Below, piece by piece: positions 19,255 through 30,332 of a DNA stretch of 64,000 nucleotides; position 1 is the first letter of the stretch, and every line of letters begins with the position of its first letter. The DNA comes from Nitrospinota bacterium (lineage in GTDB: Bacteria > UBA8248), in assembly GCA_030754595.1 (NCBI GenBank), contig JASLZZ010000078.1, forward strand, positions 1-64,000. The letters are read 5' to 3'. Below the pieces are notes generated by a model. The model saw only the letters and a program-made list of their open reading frames with translations. It did no database searches and was not told the origin of the DNA. The position numbers were made by a program, and so were the translations under genes.

Positions 19255-19842
19255 TTATGACAGGACCGCCACCCCGCCTTCAAGGGCATTCAGCAGGAGG
19301 GATTTTCCGTCGGGCGTCAGTATCGACTCCGGGTGAAACTGCACACCGGCAACGGGAATACCCTTGACCCGGATACCCATGATTTCCCCCTCCTCGGTTT
19401 CCGCGCATATCTCGATATCATCAGGCACCGAGTCGCGTTCGACGATAAGGCTGTGATACCGGGTCGCCGTCATGGGATTCGGCATATCCCTGAAAAGCCC
19501 CTTATTGTCATGGTGCACCTCGGAGGTTTTTCCGTGCATGATTCGCTCCGCGCGGACGATGCGCGCCCCGAAGGCGGCCGCGATTGACTGGTGCCCCAGA
19601 CAAACCCCAACGAGAGGAAATTTTCCCGCATAGCGCTTGATCAATGGGACTGAATGCCCCGCCCTATCGGGGACGCTGGGCCCCGGCGAAATCACGATCA
19701 ATTCCGGCAAGAAGTCATCGATATCGTCCAATTTAAACTGGTCGTTTCGCCAAACGGTGACCTCCGCCCCCAATTCGGCAAGATATTGAACCAGATTGTA
19801 GGTGAACGAATCGTAGTTATCTATCATCAACACACGTGACAA
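19255..19842 (-). CDS. trpG: anthranilate synthase component II
   Basis: IDNYDSFTYN, SPGP, GVCLGHQ, RYHSL and QFHPES motifs. Confidence 0.95.
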   Translation of the reverse strand: MSRVLMIDNYDSFTYNLVQYLAELGAEVTVWRNDQFKLDDIDDFLPELIVISPGPSVPDRAGHSVPLIKRYAGKFPLVGVCLGHQSIAAAFGARIVRAERIMHGKTSEVHHDNKGLFRDMPNPMTATRYHSLIVERDSVPDDIEICAETEEGEIMGIRVKGIPVAGVQFHPESILTPDGKSLLLNALEGGVAVLS

Positions 19843-19873
19843 TGTTCCACCTCCTCAAACTCAAGGCTTGTAC

Positions 19874-21400
19874 TTAAAGAAGCCCGCTCCGCGCCACATC
19901 GAGGGCCCGAAGCGTTCCCCGGGCCTTGTTAATCGTTTCCTCATATTCGAATTCAGGCCTGGAGTCCGAGACGATTCCGGCACCCACCTGAAGATAGAGC
20001 CTTCCACCCCGGACATAAAGCGTGCGGATAGCGATGCAGGTGTCCATATTTCCGTCAAAACCGAAATAGCCCACCGCCCCAGCGTAGGGGCCGCGCCGGA
20101 CCGGCTCCCTCTCCTCGATGATCTCCATGGCCCTCACCTTCGGCGCCCCGGAAACCGTCCCGGCGGGAAAAGTCGCCCGCAAAACGTCGTAGGCGTCCTT
20201 CCCGGATTCGAGCTTGCCGACCACGTTGCTGACGATGTGCATGACGTGGCTGTATCGCTCAATCGTCATTTGCTCGGTGACGCGAACCGTTCCCTTCTCG
20301 CAGACGCGGCCAACGTCGTTCCGCCCCAAATCGACGAGCATGATGTGTTCGGCGCGCTCTTTTTCGTCGGCGAGAAGCTCCTCTTCAAGGGCGAGGTCTT
20401 CGTCCTCGTTCGCCCCCCGGCGGCGGGTCCCCGCAATGGGGCGCACCTCGACCTTGTCGCCCTCCAGGCGAACGAGCACCTCGGGAGACGCTCCCACTAC
20501 CGTCGTTTCCCCCAGACTCAGGTAGAACATATAGGGAGAAGGGTTCACCGTGCGGAGGGCCCGGTAGATGGCAAACGGATGAACGTCAAGGGCGCTCTCG
20601 AGACGCTGCGACAAAACAACCTGTATCGCCTCTCCGGCATGGATCACCTCAACCGTTTCACCGACATGTCTCTCAAATTCCGGCTTCGAAAATGAAGAAG
20701 TCAGCCCAGCCATCCCCGGAACCGGATGACCCGACAAATCCCCCGCGGGAGGTGTGGGAGGCTCCGTCGGCGGGGGAACGCCCGGCCCGGCCAACCGTTC
20801 GACGAGAGAATCGACTCTTCCGACTGCATCCTCGTAGGCGGCATCTCCCTCGCACCCGCCATCGCCAACATGCGCCATCGCCACCACCTTCATACGCTGG
20901 GCCACATGGTCGAATATCACCAGCGTATCGGTGAGCATAAAACAACTCTCCGCCATCTCCAGGTCGTCGCTGGCCACCTCGGGAATCCGCTCGATGAACC
21001 GAATCATGTCGTATGACATATAGCCCACCGCTCCCCCCCAGAAGCGGGGGAGACCCGGCACATCCACACAACGATAGTCCTTCAACAAATCCCGCAGGGA
21101 AGCAATGGGATCCTCGCTTTGGAATTCCCGGGTCTCCCCGTCCTTCGTCACCCGAACCGTCTTCCCCTTGCTCTCGAAAACGGCGGAAGGACGGCTCCCC
21201 AAAAAGCAATACCGAGCCCATTTCTCCCCGCCCTCCACGCTCTCGAGCAGGAACGAATAGGGATCGTCCGCGATCTTCAGGTAGGCCGAGACGGGAGTCT
21301 CCAAATCGGCGAGGACCTCGCGGTAAACCGGAATGATATTCCCCCGGTTCGCAAGCTCCATGAATTCTTCCCTGCCGGGCACATACGGCGGCTGCGTCAT
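19874..21400 (-). CDS. trpE: anthranilate synthase component I
   Basis: LLES, NPSPYM, PIAGT, KE.AEH.MLVDLGRND and PAGTVSGAPK motifs. Confidence 0.96.
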   Translation of the reverse strand: MTQPPYVPGREEFMELANRGNIIPVYREVLADLETPVSAYLKIADDPYSFLLESVEGGEKWARYCFLGSRPSAVFESKGKTVRVTKDGETREFQSEDPIASLRDLLKDYRCVDVPGLPRFWGGAVGYMSYDMIRFIERIPEVASDDLEMAESCFMLTDTLVIFDHVAQRMKVVAMAHVGDGGCEGDAAYEDAVGRVDSLVERLAGPGVPPPTEPPTPPAGDLSGHPVPGMAGLTSSFSKPEFERHVGETVEVIHAGEAIQVVLSQRLESALDVHPFAIYRALRTVNPSPYMFYLSLGETTVVGASPEVLVRLEGDKVEVRPIAGTRRRGANEDEDLALEEELLADEKERAEHIMLVDLGRNDVGRVCEKGTVRVTEQMTIERYSHVMHIVSNVVGKLESGKDAYDVLRATFPAGTVSGAPKVRAMEIIEEREPVRRGPYAGAVGYFGFDGNMDTCIAIRTLYVRGGRLYLQVGAGIVSDSRPEFEYEETINKARGTLRALDVARSGLL

Positions 21401-21437
21401 ACACACCTCACTAAGGCGGCCGAGGTGGCCGCCTTAT

Positions 21438-21476
21438 AAAAAAAAAACCATGGAGGATACGTAGAATCCGCCATGG
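21438..21476 (-). terminator. intrinsic terminator in the trpE leader (attenuator)
   Basis: Minus strand CCATGGCGGAT-TCTACGT-ATCCTCCATGG followed by T10, 37 nt before the trpE ATG. Confidence 0.75.
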
Positions 21477-21502
21477 CGCATACCTTATCGATTCGAAAGA
21501 AT

Positions 21503-21589
21503 CTAACCGGCCGCGGGCGGACCCCCCCACTGAAATTTGGCTTCAATTCGCCTAGGCCAGGCATTTTCATTCCGGTAACGACTAATCAT
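21503..21589 (-). CDS. putative trp leader peptide (28 aa, 2 Trp)
   Basis: MISRYRNENAWPRRIEAKFQWGGPPAAG, with GGAG upstream; ends just 5' of the terminator. Confidence 0.45.
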   Translation of the reverse strand: MISRYRNENAWPRRIEAKFQWGGPPAAG

Positions 21590-21653
21590 TTCGTCAACTC
21601 CACGAATTAATTTGGTTCGAACGGCTGAAAAATCGCACATACCCCCCCAGCCG

Positions 21654-22457
21654 TCAAGTCTCCGGTTCCTCGGCATCGCCCTCGTCGCCGGGAGGCGGAA
21701 GTTTGTCCCCGTAATGCACGCATACAAGGCATAACCCCTGGGCGGGGGCTTTCAGGCCCGCCCGGTTCCTGTCCCGCGCCTCGAAAATCTCAGGAATGGA
21801 GTCCGGCAACTGTTCTTCCCGGCCCACCTCGGCAAGCGTACCCACAATGGTCCGCACCATAAATCGAAGAAAGCCTTCCGCAGTAACCTCGACCCATATT
21901 TCATCTTCGTTCACCACTACATCCATCCGATCCAAACGGCGAACCGTCGAAGATGCCTCCGTATTTTCCGGGCAGAAACTGGCGAAATCCCGCTCACCGA
22001 CGAAGTAAACCGACGCATTTCGCATCAGATCGATATCCAGCTTCCTGCGGTGATGCCAGACCTGATTTCGCCTGAGGGCGCTCGGCGCCCTTCGCGTCAA
22101 TATTCTGTAGCGATAGGTCTTACGCACGGCATCATATTGCGCATGAAAAGGGGACACCGCCTCGCGGCAATCGAAGACGGAAACATCTCTCTCGAGCATG
22201 GAATTCAGTCCAAGGCGGAATTTTTGGGGAGAAATCCGGGAAGTGGTGTCGAAGTGCGCCACCTGCCCCATGGAATGAACCCCCGCATCGGTGCGCCCGG
22301 ACGCGATGACGCGAATCTTCTCTTTGCACATTACCGAGAGGGCGGTCTCGATATCGGACTGGACGGTGCGCTGGCCGGGCTGAAATTGCCAACCGTGAAA
22401 ATCGGAGCCATCGTACTCAATCCACAGGACCACGCGCCGCTTTTCTTCACCTGACAT
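21654..22457 (-). CDS. truA: tRNA pseudouridine(38-40) synthase
   Basis: YDG..F.GWQ.Q, GRTDAGVH, GFLR.MVR.IVG and A.GL.L motifs. Confidence 0.96.
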   Translation of the reverse strand: MSGEEKRRVVLWIEYDGSDFHGWQFQPGQRTVQSDIETALSVMCKEKIRVIASGRTDAGVHSMGQVAHFDTTSRISPQKFRLGLNSMLERDVSVFDCREAVSPFHAQYDAVRKTYRYRILTRRAPSALRRNQVWHHRRKLDIDLMRNASVYFVGERDFASFCPENTEASSTVRRLDRMDVVVNEDEIWVEVTAEGFLRFMVRTIVGTLAEVGREEQLPDSIPEIFEARDRNRAGLKAPAQGLCLVCVHYGDKLPPPGDEGDAEEPET

Positions 22458-22487
22458 GAGCTAGATCCATCCACTCCGGATGGCCAT

Positions 22488-25355
22488 CTATTCCTTCGCG
22501 CCCGAAAGAAGAGGTGTTTTTTCGAAGGCTTCGCGAAGGAATTTCCCGGTGGCGGATTCTCTGACCTCGGCGATTTCCTCTGGAGAGCCGGCGGCGATGA
22601 GGTAGCCGCCCTCCTCTCCTCCTTCGGGCCCCAAGTCAACGATATAGTCCGCTGATTTAATCACGTCTATGTTGTGTTCAATAATGATGACGGTGTTCCC
22701 TTGATCCACCAGCTGATGAAGAACTGACAGAAGTTTTTCGATGTCGGCGAAATGAAGCCCCGTCGTTGGCTCGTCGAGGATGTAAAGCGTCCGTCCGGTG
22801 GCGCGCCGGGAGAGCTCTTTCGCCAGTTTAAGGCGCTGGGCCTCTCCTCCGCTCAGGGTCGTAGCAGACTGCCCCAAACGGAGATATCCCAGCCCGACAT
22901 CCTGAAGCGTTTTGTGTTTCCAGCGTATTTCGTTGAGATTTTCGAAAAACTGGGCCGCATAATCCACAGTCATTTCGAGGACATCGGCGATGGTGCTCCC
23001 CTTGTAGCGAATATCGAGTGTATCCCGGTTAAAGCGCTTGCCGCGGCATTCTCCGCACTGGACGTAAAGATCGGGAAGAAAGTGCATTTCCATGCGGATG
23101 GTGCCGTCACCCTGGCAAGCCTCACAGCGTCCGCCTTTTACGTTAAAGCTGAAGCGGCCGGGTTTATAGCCTCTTTTTCTCGCCTCGGGAACTTTCGCGA
23201 AAATGTCCCTAATCGGGGAGAAAACGCCGCTATAAGTGGCCGGATTGCTTCTCGGGGTGCGGCCGATGGGCGATTGATCGATGTCGATTACCTTATCGAC
23301 CTCCTCGCCTCCCTCGATGGACCGATGCTCTCCGGGCGTTGCGAGTGAGCGGTAGAGTTTCTGCGAAAGAGCCCGGTATAGTATTTCCTCGACCAAAGTA
23401 CTCTTGCCGCTTCCGCTCACCCCCGCGACGCAAACCAGAAGACCCAAGGGAATGGACACGTCCAAATCCTTGAGGTTGTGCTGGCTGGCGCCAATTATCT
23501 TGATATACCTCTCTCGGGGAGTGCGGCGTCCCTCGGGTGATGAAATTCGGCTCTCGCCGCTGAGATAACGGCCGGTCAACGAATTTGGAGTTTGGATAAT
23601 TTCATCGCGACTTCCCGAAGCCACCAGCCACCCGCCATGCTCGCCGGCGCCCGGCCCCAAATCCACAACGTAGTCGGCGCTTTCGATGGTGTCGCGATCA
23701 TGCTCGATGACAATAACCGTGTTCCCCATGTCGCGCAGTTTAGCGAGCGTATCCAGAAGACGGCGGTTATCGCGCTGGTGCAGGCCGATGCTCGGCTCAT
23801 CGAGGATATACAAAACCCCGACGAGAGAGGCTCCAATCTGGCTCGCCAGGCGGACCCGCTGGCCTTCTCCGCCACTCAATGTGGCCGTCGCACGATTCAG
23901 CGTCAGGTAATCCAGCCCGACCCGAGACAAAAAATCGAGCCTTTCCGTAATCTCCTTGAGAACCCGCTCGGCAACCGGATCCTGCGCGTAGCGCTCCGCC
24001 ATCTCACTGAAAAAGGCGCGGCCCCTTGCGATGGATAGGGCGCATATTTCCCCGATATTCCTGCCGCCGAAAGTAACGGCAAGACTCTCGGGCCGGAGCC
24101 TGGCGCCGCCGCAGCCCTCACACGGCAAGGCGCTCATATATTGTTCGGCGTCCGCGCGGATGTTGTCGCTCGCGGACTTATCAAACCGCTCCCTGATTGC
24201 ACTCAAAATACCATCGAAGACCCGCTCGCGCCTAAGTGTGCGCTTGGCCGTCTTGTGGCGAATTTTCAGCTTTCTTCCGTTGGTTCCGAACATCAACAAA
24301 TCGCGGTGTTTCTTCGACATTTTTCCAAAGGGGCGGTCCCGCGGGATTTTGTATTCCTCGATCACCGCATCGACAACGGAAGAAAGAAAACTTTTTTTCC
24401 CCGACAAGGGGACGATTGCTCCCTCATCAATCGACAGCTCGAAATCGGGCACCACCCGGGCCGGGTCCATCCTGCGTACGACCCCCAAACCGCCACACAT
24501 CTCACAAGCGCCGTAAGGGCTGTTGAAGGAAAACATCCGGGGCGCGGTCTCCGGAAGGGTTACATTGCACCTTGCGCACGAGAAATCCTGACTGAAAAGA
24601 TATTCCGGTCCCTTCTCATCTTGAAAAATAATCAATCCGCTCGAAAGCGAAAACGCCGTTTCGATGGAGTCGATGAGGCGCCGCTCGAGACCCGGTTTAA
24701 CTACCAGGCGATCTATCTGAACCTCGATATTGTGTTTCATGTGGCGCTTGAGAATGATCTCCGTACCCAAGTCGAAATAATGACCGTCAATACGGACACG
24801 TCCAAAACCTTTCCGCTCGAGCGCTTCGAGCTCCTTGCGGTAAATTCCCTTTCGCCCCCTGACAATCGGCGCAAGTATCTGAAGACAAGTCCCGGGCGCC
24901 ATGTCCATGACGCGCGAGACCATCTGCTCCATCTTGAGCGCGTTCATCGGCTCCCCGCAGGAGGGACAGTGAGGGGTTCCCACCCGGGCATAAAGCAAGC
25001 GGATGTGATCGTAAATTTCCGTTACCGTACCCACGGTGGAACGTGGATTTTTGCTGACGGTCTTTTGCTCGATGGCTATGGTGGGTGAGAGGCCCTCGAT
25101 AGAATCAATGTCGGGCTTGTCGATCTGATCCATGAATTGGCGGGCATAGGCCGAGAGGGACTCTACATAGCGCCGCTGGCCCTCAGCGTAAAGCGTATCG
25201 AAAGCGAGACTGCTCTTCCCCGACCCACTCAGGCCCGTAACGACAACGAGTTTATCGCGGGGGATATCGATATTCAGGTCTTTAAGATTATGCTCGCGCG
25301 CACCGCGTATGACGATTTTCTGTTGACGCCGCGGCCGGCCGTTGGCGGGAACCAT
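22488..25355 (-). CDS. uvrA: excinuclease ABC subunit A
   Basis: [22 protein letters not shown], two ABC domains and zinc fingers; ATG at 25355 with RBS GGAG. Confidence 0.98.
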   Translation of the reverse strand: MVPANGRPRRQQKIVIRGAREHNLKDLNIDIPRDKLVVVTGLSGSGKSSLAFDTLYAEGQRRYVESLSAYARQFMDQIDKPDIDSIEGLSPTIAIEQKTVSKNPRSTVGTVTEIYDHIRLLYARVGTPHCPSCGEPMNALKMEQMVSRVMDMAPGTCLQILAPIVRGRKGIYRKELEALERKGFGRVRIDGHYFDLGTEIILKRHMKHNIEVQIDRLVVKPGLERRLIDSIETAFSLSSGLIIFQDEKGPEYLFSQDFSCARCNVTLPETAPRMFSFNSPYGACEMCGGLGVVRRMDPARVVPDFELSIDEGAIVPLSGKKSFLSSVVDAVIEEYKIPRDRPFGKMSKKHRDLLMFGTNGRKLKIRHKTAKRTLRRERVFDGILSAIRERFDKSASDNIRADAEQYMSALPCEGCGGARLRPESLAVTFGGRNIGEICALSIARGRAFFSEMAERYAQDPVAERVLKEITERLDFLSRVGLDYLTLNRATATLSGGEGQRVRLASQIGASLVGVLYILDEPSIGLHQRDNRRLLDTLAKLRDMGNTVIVIEHDRDTIESADYVVDLGPGAGEHGGWLVASGSRDEIIQTPNSLTGRYLSGESRISSPEGRRTPRERYIKIIGASQHNLKDLDVSIPLGLLVCVAGVSGSGKSTLVEEILYRALSQKLYRSLATPGEHRSIEGGEEVDKVIDIDQSPIGRTPRSNPATYSGVFSPIRDIFAKVPEARKRGYKPGRFSFNVKGGRCEACQGDGTIRMEMHFLPDLYVQCGECRGKRFNRDTLDIRYKGSTIADVLEMTVDYAAQFFENLNEIRWKHKTLQDVGLGYLRLGQSATTLSGGEAQRLKLAKELSRRATGRTLYILDEPTTGLHFADIEKLLSVLHQLVDQGNTVIIIEHNIDVIKSADYIVDLGPEGGEEGGYLIAAGSPEEIAEVRESATGKFLREAFEKTPLLSGAKE

Positions 25356-25449
25356 CCAAATCTCCAGCAATAAAGCCAAGGAAAAAACAGAGTAGCGGCA
25401 CAAACAACCGGTTAGCATAGCATGGGGCGGGATTTCTTCACACGAGGGG

Positions 25450-26229
25450 CTAATACCAGGTCAGACCACCTGAAACGTTGATGTCCTGTCCGGTGATATT
25501 CGCTCCGTCTTCGGAAGCGAGAAAAATACATGCCGCAGCGTGGTCTTCGGGCCGGACAAAGCGCTTCAACGCGGCGGGGGCGGTAAAAGTGGCGGCTGCA
25601 TCCTCGTATGAAATATTTTCGGCGAGCGCCATTTCCTCGCAAACGCGTTTTATGCGCGGGCCCTCGGTGGAACCCGGACAAATGGTATTGGCCGTAATGC
25701 CGAACTCGCCCACCTCGAACGCCAGGGTGCGGGTAAACCCGATGAGAGCCATCTTCGAGGCCGCATAGGGGGTGCGGCCGGGGAGGGGGCGTTTGCCGGT
25801 AACCGAGCTTACGTTGATGATTCTTCCGCTACGGTTTTTCTTCATTATCGGCAATACGGCCCGGGTCATGAGAAAAACACCAGTCATATTCACTGAAAAA
25901 CAGTTGTCCCATTCTTCACGGGACACGTCTTCGCATCGCTTGGTGGGGCCGGCAATTCCTGAATTGTTGATGAGAATGTCAATCGTGGCGTACTCGGAGA
26001 GTGTTTTGCCAACCAACTGCTCTACGGCGGTTTTGTCGGTGAGGTCTGTCGGAGCAACGAGGCAGCCCCCCCCGTCCGAGGTGATTTTCTTCGCGGTTCT
26101 TTGGAGGTTGAGTTCGTTACGGGCGGCGATGACCGTCCGTGCACCTTCCCCGGCAATCCGGCAGGCGATGACCTGTCCGATACCCTGATTTGCACCGGTG
26201 ACGATGGCCACCTTATTTTTTAGGCGCAA
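25450..26229 (-). CDS. short-chain dehydrogenase/reductase
   Basis: TGANQGIG, NNSG, YAASK and ITGQ motifs; TTG start with RBS GGAGG. Confidence 0.92.
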   Translation of the reverse strand: MRLKNKVAIVTGANQGIGQVIACRIAGEGARTVIAARNELNLQRTAKKITSDGGGCLVAPTDLTDKTAVEQLVGKTLSEYATIDILINNSGIAGPTKRCEDVSREEWDNCFSVNMTGVFLMTRAVLPIMKKNRSGRIINVSSVTGKRPLPGRTPYAASKMALIGFTRTLAFEVGEFGITANTICPGSTEGPRIKRVCEEMALAENISYEDAAATFTAPAALKRFVRPEDHAAACIFLASEDGANITGQDINVSGGLTWY

Positions 26230-26283
26230 CGGCTTTCCTCCGGCATCATCAAAAAATCCACGTTGCGCCAAGTCCCCAAAACA

Positions 26284-27063
26284 TTAATACCAACAAAGCC
26301 CGGCAGTGACGTTGATATCCTGGCCGGTCATGTGCCTGCCCTCTTCGGAGCAAAGAAATACGCACATATTTGCGGTGTCCTCTGGCGTGACGAACGTCTT
26401 GAGCGCAGCCGCGCCGGTGAAATTCCTTTCGGCTTCCTCAAGAGAGATGCCCAGCGCCTTCGACTCGTTTTCGATGACAAGCCTGATGCGCTCTCCCTCG
26501 GTTGCGCCGGGGCACACAGTGTTCACGGTGACTCCAAATTCACCCACCTCGAAAGCAAGGGTGCGTGTAAGCCCGATGACAGCCATCTTCGATGCAGTAT
26601 AAGGCGATCGATGGACCAGAGGGCGCTTCCCGCTCAGCGAACTGATATTGACAATCCGTCCGGATCGTTTTTCCTTCATAACCGGGATGGCGTGCTTGCA
26701 ACACAAAAACATCCCGGTCACGTTCACCGCGAAACACTCCTCCCATTCCTCGGCCGAAATCTCCTCGACCGCTTTCATGGGCCCCGCGACACCAGCGTTA
26801 TTGATCAGAATATCGAGAGTTCCAAACCGGGAAACGGTCTCATCCATTAAATTTTTCACCGAAACCTCGTCCGTAATATCGACGGGAGTGACGTGGGATT
26901 CGCCACCCGCATCGGCGATCATCTCCGAGGTAGCCTTAAGATTATTACCAGAGCGCGCCGCGAGAATCGTTACCGCACCCTCACGGGCCACCACCTGCGC
27001 GATAACCTGGCCGATACCCTGACTGGCGCCGGTGACGATAGCGACCTTGCCGTTGAGACGCAT
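26284..27063 (-). CDS. short-chain dehydrogenase/reductase (paralog of the neighbour)
   Basis: TGASQGIG, NNAG, YTASK and MTGQ motifs. Confidence 0.92.
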   Translation of the reverse strand: MRLNGKVAIVTGASQGIGQVIAQVVAREGAVTILAARSGNNLKATSEMIADAGGESHVTPVDITDEVSVKNLMDETVSRFGTLDILINNAGVAGPMKAVEEISAEEWEECFAVNVTGMFLCCKHAIPVMKEKRSGRIVNISSLSGKRPLVHRSPYTASKMAVIGLTRTLAFEVGEFGVTVNTVCPGATEGERIRLVIENESKALGISLEEAERNFTGAAALKTFVTPEDTANMCVFLCSEEGRHMTGQDINVTAGLCWY

Positions 27064-27090
27064 ACTTGTTTTCCTCCTAGTCCTAAACGG

Positions 27091-27504
27091 CTAGGGAATC
27101 TCGACACCGGGAAACCAGTAGCCCAACTCAAACGCCGCCGTGTCGGGTGCGTCAGAGCCATGAGTGGAATTTCGCTCGATGCTCTCTCCAAACTCCTTGC
27201 GGATTGATCCCGCGGCGGCCTCCTCTGGATTTGTCGCACCCATCACATCCCGCCAATGTCTGATGGCCTCCTCCCGCTCCAGCGCCAGGACCACCGTTGG
27301 CCCCGAGGACATAAAGGAGGTCAGATCACCGAAGAACGGACGTTCCCGATGGACGGCATAAAACCCCTCGGCCTGCGCCTTGGTCATATTGATCAGCCGC
27401 ATCCCCAGGATTCGAAAACCCTCCTCCTCGATACGTGAAATAATTTTTCCGGCAATCCCGCGCTCGATGGCGTCGGGCTTAATCATCGCAAAAGTCCGCT
27501 CCAT
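27091..27504 (-). CDS. ndk: nucleoside diphosphate kinase
   Basis: [14 protein letters not shown]...PFF, GATNP and N..HGSD motifs. Confidence 0.97.
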   Translation of the reverse strand: MERTFAMIKPDAIERGIAGKIISRIEEEGFRILGMRLINMTKAQAEGFYAVHRERPFFGDLTSFMSSGPTVVLALEREEAIRHWRDVMGATNPEEAAAGSIRKEFGESIERNSTHGSDAPDTAAFELGYWFPGVEIP

Positions 27505-27574
27505 TTAAATATTGCTCCTCATTGAAGACCTGCATGATGAATGCGGTTTCGGGAAATTAAAAAGCGAGTTTGAA

Positions 27575-28510
27575 TTATCCCCTTTTCAAGGCCTCCACCA
27601 TTGTGGTACCCATGTCGGCCCTTTTCAAGGCCTCCACCATTGTGGTGCCCATGTCGGCCGGACTCTTCGATACCAGGATACCGCACTCCTCCATCACACG
27701 CATCTTTTCGGCGGCTGTCCCTTCTCCGCCCGAGATAATCGCCCCGGCGTGGCCCATGCGCCGGCCGGGAGGAGCGGTCTGCCCCGCGATGAAACCAACC
27801 ATCGGTTTCTTTACATTATCCTTCGCCCAGCGGGCGGTATCCTGCTCGGCCGTACCGCCAATCTCGCCGATCACGATAATAGCTTCGGTTTCCGGATCCT
27901 CCTCGAAGCGCCGGAGGAGATCGATATACATCGTTCCGATAATTGGATCGCCGCCAATGCCTATGCACGAGGATTGCCCCAGTCCCTGTTCGGTCAACTG
28001 GGCCACCACTTCATAAGTAAGCGTTCCGCTTTTGGAAATGACCCCGATGGAACCCTTTTTATGAATATGCCCGGGCATGATTCCCATCTTGCACTCCCCG
28101 GGAGAGATGACACCCGGGCAATTGGGACCGATAAGAACATTATCCTTGCCTTGGCGGTGCCTGTGGACGTTGACCATATCCCGCACCGGGATCCCCTCGG
28201 TAACACATACGACTATCTGAACACTTTCATCGATGGATTCGACAATTGCATCGGCCGCAAAGGGGGGAGGCACAAAAATCAACGATGCATTGGCGCCAGT
28301 CTCGCGCGCGGCCTCGGCCACGGAATTGAACACCGGAACGCCGTTTGCTGTTTGCCCTCCTTTTCCGGGAGTGACTCCTGCGACGATCGCTCCGCCGCCG
28401 CCGGCGAATTCCTCGCTATATTGTTGACACTGCCTGGCATGAAAACCACCTTCACGGCCTGTGATTCCCTGAACGAGAACACGCGTCTCCTTATTGATTA
28501 GAATGGTCAA
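27575..28510 (-). CDS. sucD: succinyl-CoA ligase alpha subunit
   Basis: [27 protein letters not shown] and RMGHAGAI motifs; TTG start. Confidence 0.96.
   Translation of the reverse strand: MTILINKETRVLVQGITGREGGFHARQCQQYSEEFAGGGGAIVAGVTPGKGGQTANGVPVFNSVAEAARETGANASLIFVPPPFAADAIVESIDESVQIVVCVTEGIPVRDMVNVHRHRQGKDNVLIGPNCPGVISPGECKMGIMPGHIHKKGSIGVISKSGTLTYEVVAQLTEQGLGQSSCIGIGGDPIIGTMYIDLLRRFEEDPETEAIIVIGEIGGTAEQDTARWAKDNVKKPMVGFIAGQTAPPGRRMGHAGAIISGGEGTAAEKMRVMEECGILVSKSPADMGTTMVEALKRADMGTTMVEALKRG
27582..27659. repeat. 39-bp tandem duplication in the sucD 3' end
   Basis: Units 27582-27620 and 27621-27659 differ at one base and encode [13 protein letters not shown] twice. Confidence 0.95.
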
Positions 28511-28523
28511 CGAACAATCTCCC

Positions 28524-29684
28524 TTACCGTTTGAGGGCCGCCACCACCTTCTCGGCGGAATCGGCCATTCCGTTTCCAACAGTAAAATCGAGGCCGGAGT
28601 TCTCGAGGATATCCCGGCCCTTTTCGACGTTCGTTCCCTCCATACGAATAACGATGGGAACATTTACATTCACCGTTTTCACCGCTTCGACCACACCCTC
28701 GGCCAAAACGTCGCACCGAAGAATACCGCCAAAAATATTGATGAACACAGCTTTCACATCATCGTCATCCATCAGAATGCGGAAAGCGTTTTCGACCATA
28801 TCTTTGTTCGCGCCGCCTCCCACGTCCAAAAAATTCGCCGGCGAAGAGCCAGCCAGCATGATGATGTCCATGGTGGCCATCGCCAATCCCGCGCCGTTCA
28901 CCATGCAGGCGACTTCCCCATCCAGCTTGATGTAGTTGAGGTTATATTTCGAAGCCTCGACCTCAAGGGGGTCTTCCTCTCCGATATCGCGCATCTCGGC
29001 GACATCCTTATGCCGATAAAGTGCATTGTCGTCAAAGTTCACCTTTGCGTCGAGAGCAAACATTCGGCCGTCGGCTGTTTGAACAAGCGGATTTATCTCG
29101 ACGAGAGAGCAATCCATCTCATCGTAAAACTTATAGAGATTCGAGACGAATTTCGCGCCTTCGGCCGCCTGTTCGCCCTCCAGACCGAGACCATAGACTA
29201 CGCGCCGGGCCGTCGACGGCCAGATACCAAGCGCAGGATCGATTTGAATTTTAATCAGCTTCTCGGGGGTTTTCGCCGCGACTTCTTCGATATCCATACC
29301 ACCCTCGGTGCTTGCCATGATGGTGGGCCGCCCCGAGGACCGATCGAGAACAATGCTCAGATAAAGCTCATTCGCAATATCACTGGCTTCCTCGATAAGA
29401 ACTTTTTTCACCACACGACCGCCGGGCCCTGTTTGATGAGTCACCAGCGTCATCCCCAGGATTTCCGATGCCGCTTTTCTGGCCTCGGCCGGATCCTTGG
29501 CGAGTTTCACACCGCCTCCCTTGCCGCGACCACCCGCATGGATCTGAGCCTTTACTACAACCGCGCCGCCCATCTCCTTGGCAATCTCCTCGGCCTCATC
29601 GGCGGTATCCGCCACCTTTCCCCGCGGGACCGTTACGCCGTACTTCTTAAAAAGCTCTTTTCCCTGATATTCGTGAATATTCAT
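28524..29684 (-). CDS. sucC: succinyl-CoA ligase beta subunit
   Basis: [36 protein letters not shown] and NFLDVGG motifs. Confidence 0.97.
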   Translation of the reverse strand: MNIHEYQGKELFKKYGVTVPRGKVADTADEAEEIAKEMGGAVVVKAQIHAGGRGKGGGVKLAKDPAEARKAASEILGMTLVTHQTGPGGRVVKKVLIEEASDIANELYLSIVLDRSSGRPTIMASTEGGMDIEEVAAKTPEKLIKIQIDPALGIWPSTARRVVYGLGLEGEQAAEGAKFVSNLYKFYDEMDCSLVEINPLVQTADGRMFALDAKVNFDDNALYRHKDVAEMRDIGEEDPLEVEASKYNLNYIKLDGEVACMVNGAGLAMATMDIIMLAGSSPANFLDVGGGANKDMVENAFRILMDDDDVKAVFINIFGGILRCDVLAEGVVEAVKTVNVNVPIVIRMEGTNVEKGRDILENSGLDFTVGNGMADSAEKVVAALKR

Positions 29685-29759
29685 CAAAATTATCCAATGT
29701 CCCGAAAAGACCCAATTTTCTCCCGAGTCATCTAAAGGAATAAAGTTTGTATGCGCTGC

Positions 29760-30332
29760 CTACTCAGCGGCATATTCCTTGAATCCCTCTTCGAAAATGT
29801 TATTTCCATGGCAATCGATGGCCACGACAGCGGGAAACCGCTCCACCCAGAGTTTCCTGATGGCCTCGGTCCCCAAATCTTCGTAGGCAATCATCTCCAC
29901 CTTCTTAATCGAGCGCGAGAGCAAAGCCGCTGTTCCCCCTACGGCAGCGAAATATACACAGCCGTATTTTACGATGGCGTCGACAACCGGACGGCTTCGG
30001 CCCGCCTTTCCTATCATTCCTTTCAGCCCGGCCTCAAGAATCCGGGGAGTATAGACATCCATACGGCCGCTCGTCGTAGGGCCCGCGGAGCCGATGACGG
30101 CGCCCGGCTTAGGCGGCGTCGGCCCGACATAGTATACGACCTCACCCTGGACATCGAAGGGCAAGGCTTCTTGCAACTCCAAAGCCTCGACCATTCGTTT
30201 GTGAGCGGCATCCCGAGCGGTGTAAATCACACCCGACAGATGACACATTTCGCCCATCTCGAGGCGAGCGATCACCTCATCCCTCAGCGGAAGCTCAATT
30301 TCGACCACACCGGCGCTAACCACCCGGTTCAA
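29760..30332 (-). CDS. Fe-S hydro-lyase beta subunit (two-subunit class I fumarate hydratase)
   Basis: G.IYTARDAAH.R, YYVGP, GPTTSGRM, MIGK and DLG.EA motifs. Start uncertain (TTG overlapping the alpha-subunit stop). Confidence 0.88.
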   Translation of the reverse strand: MNRVVSAGVVEIELPLRDEVIARLEMGEMCHLSGVIYTARDAAHKRMVEALELQEALPFDVQGEVVYYVGPTPPKPGAVIGSAGPTTSGRMDVYTPRILEAGLKGMIGKAGRSRPVVDAIVKYGCVYFAAVGGTAALLSRSIKKVEMIAYEDLGTEAIRKLWVERFPAVVAIDCHGNNIFEEGFKEYAAE

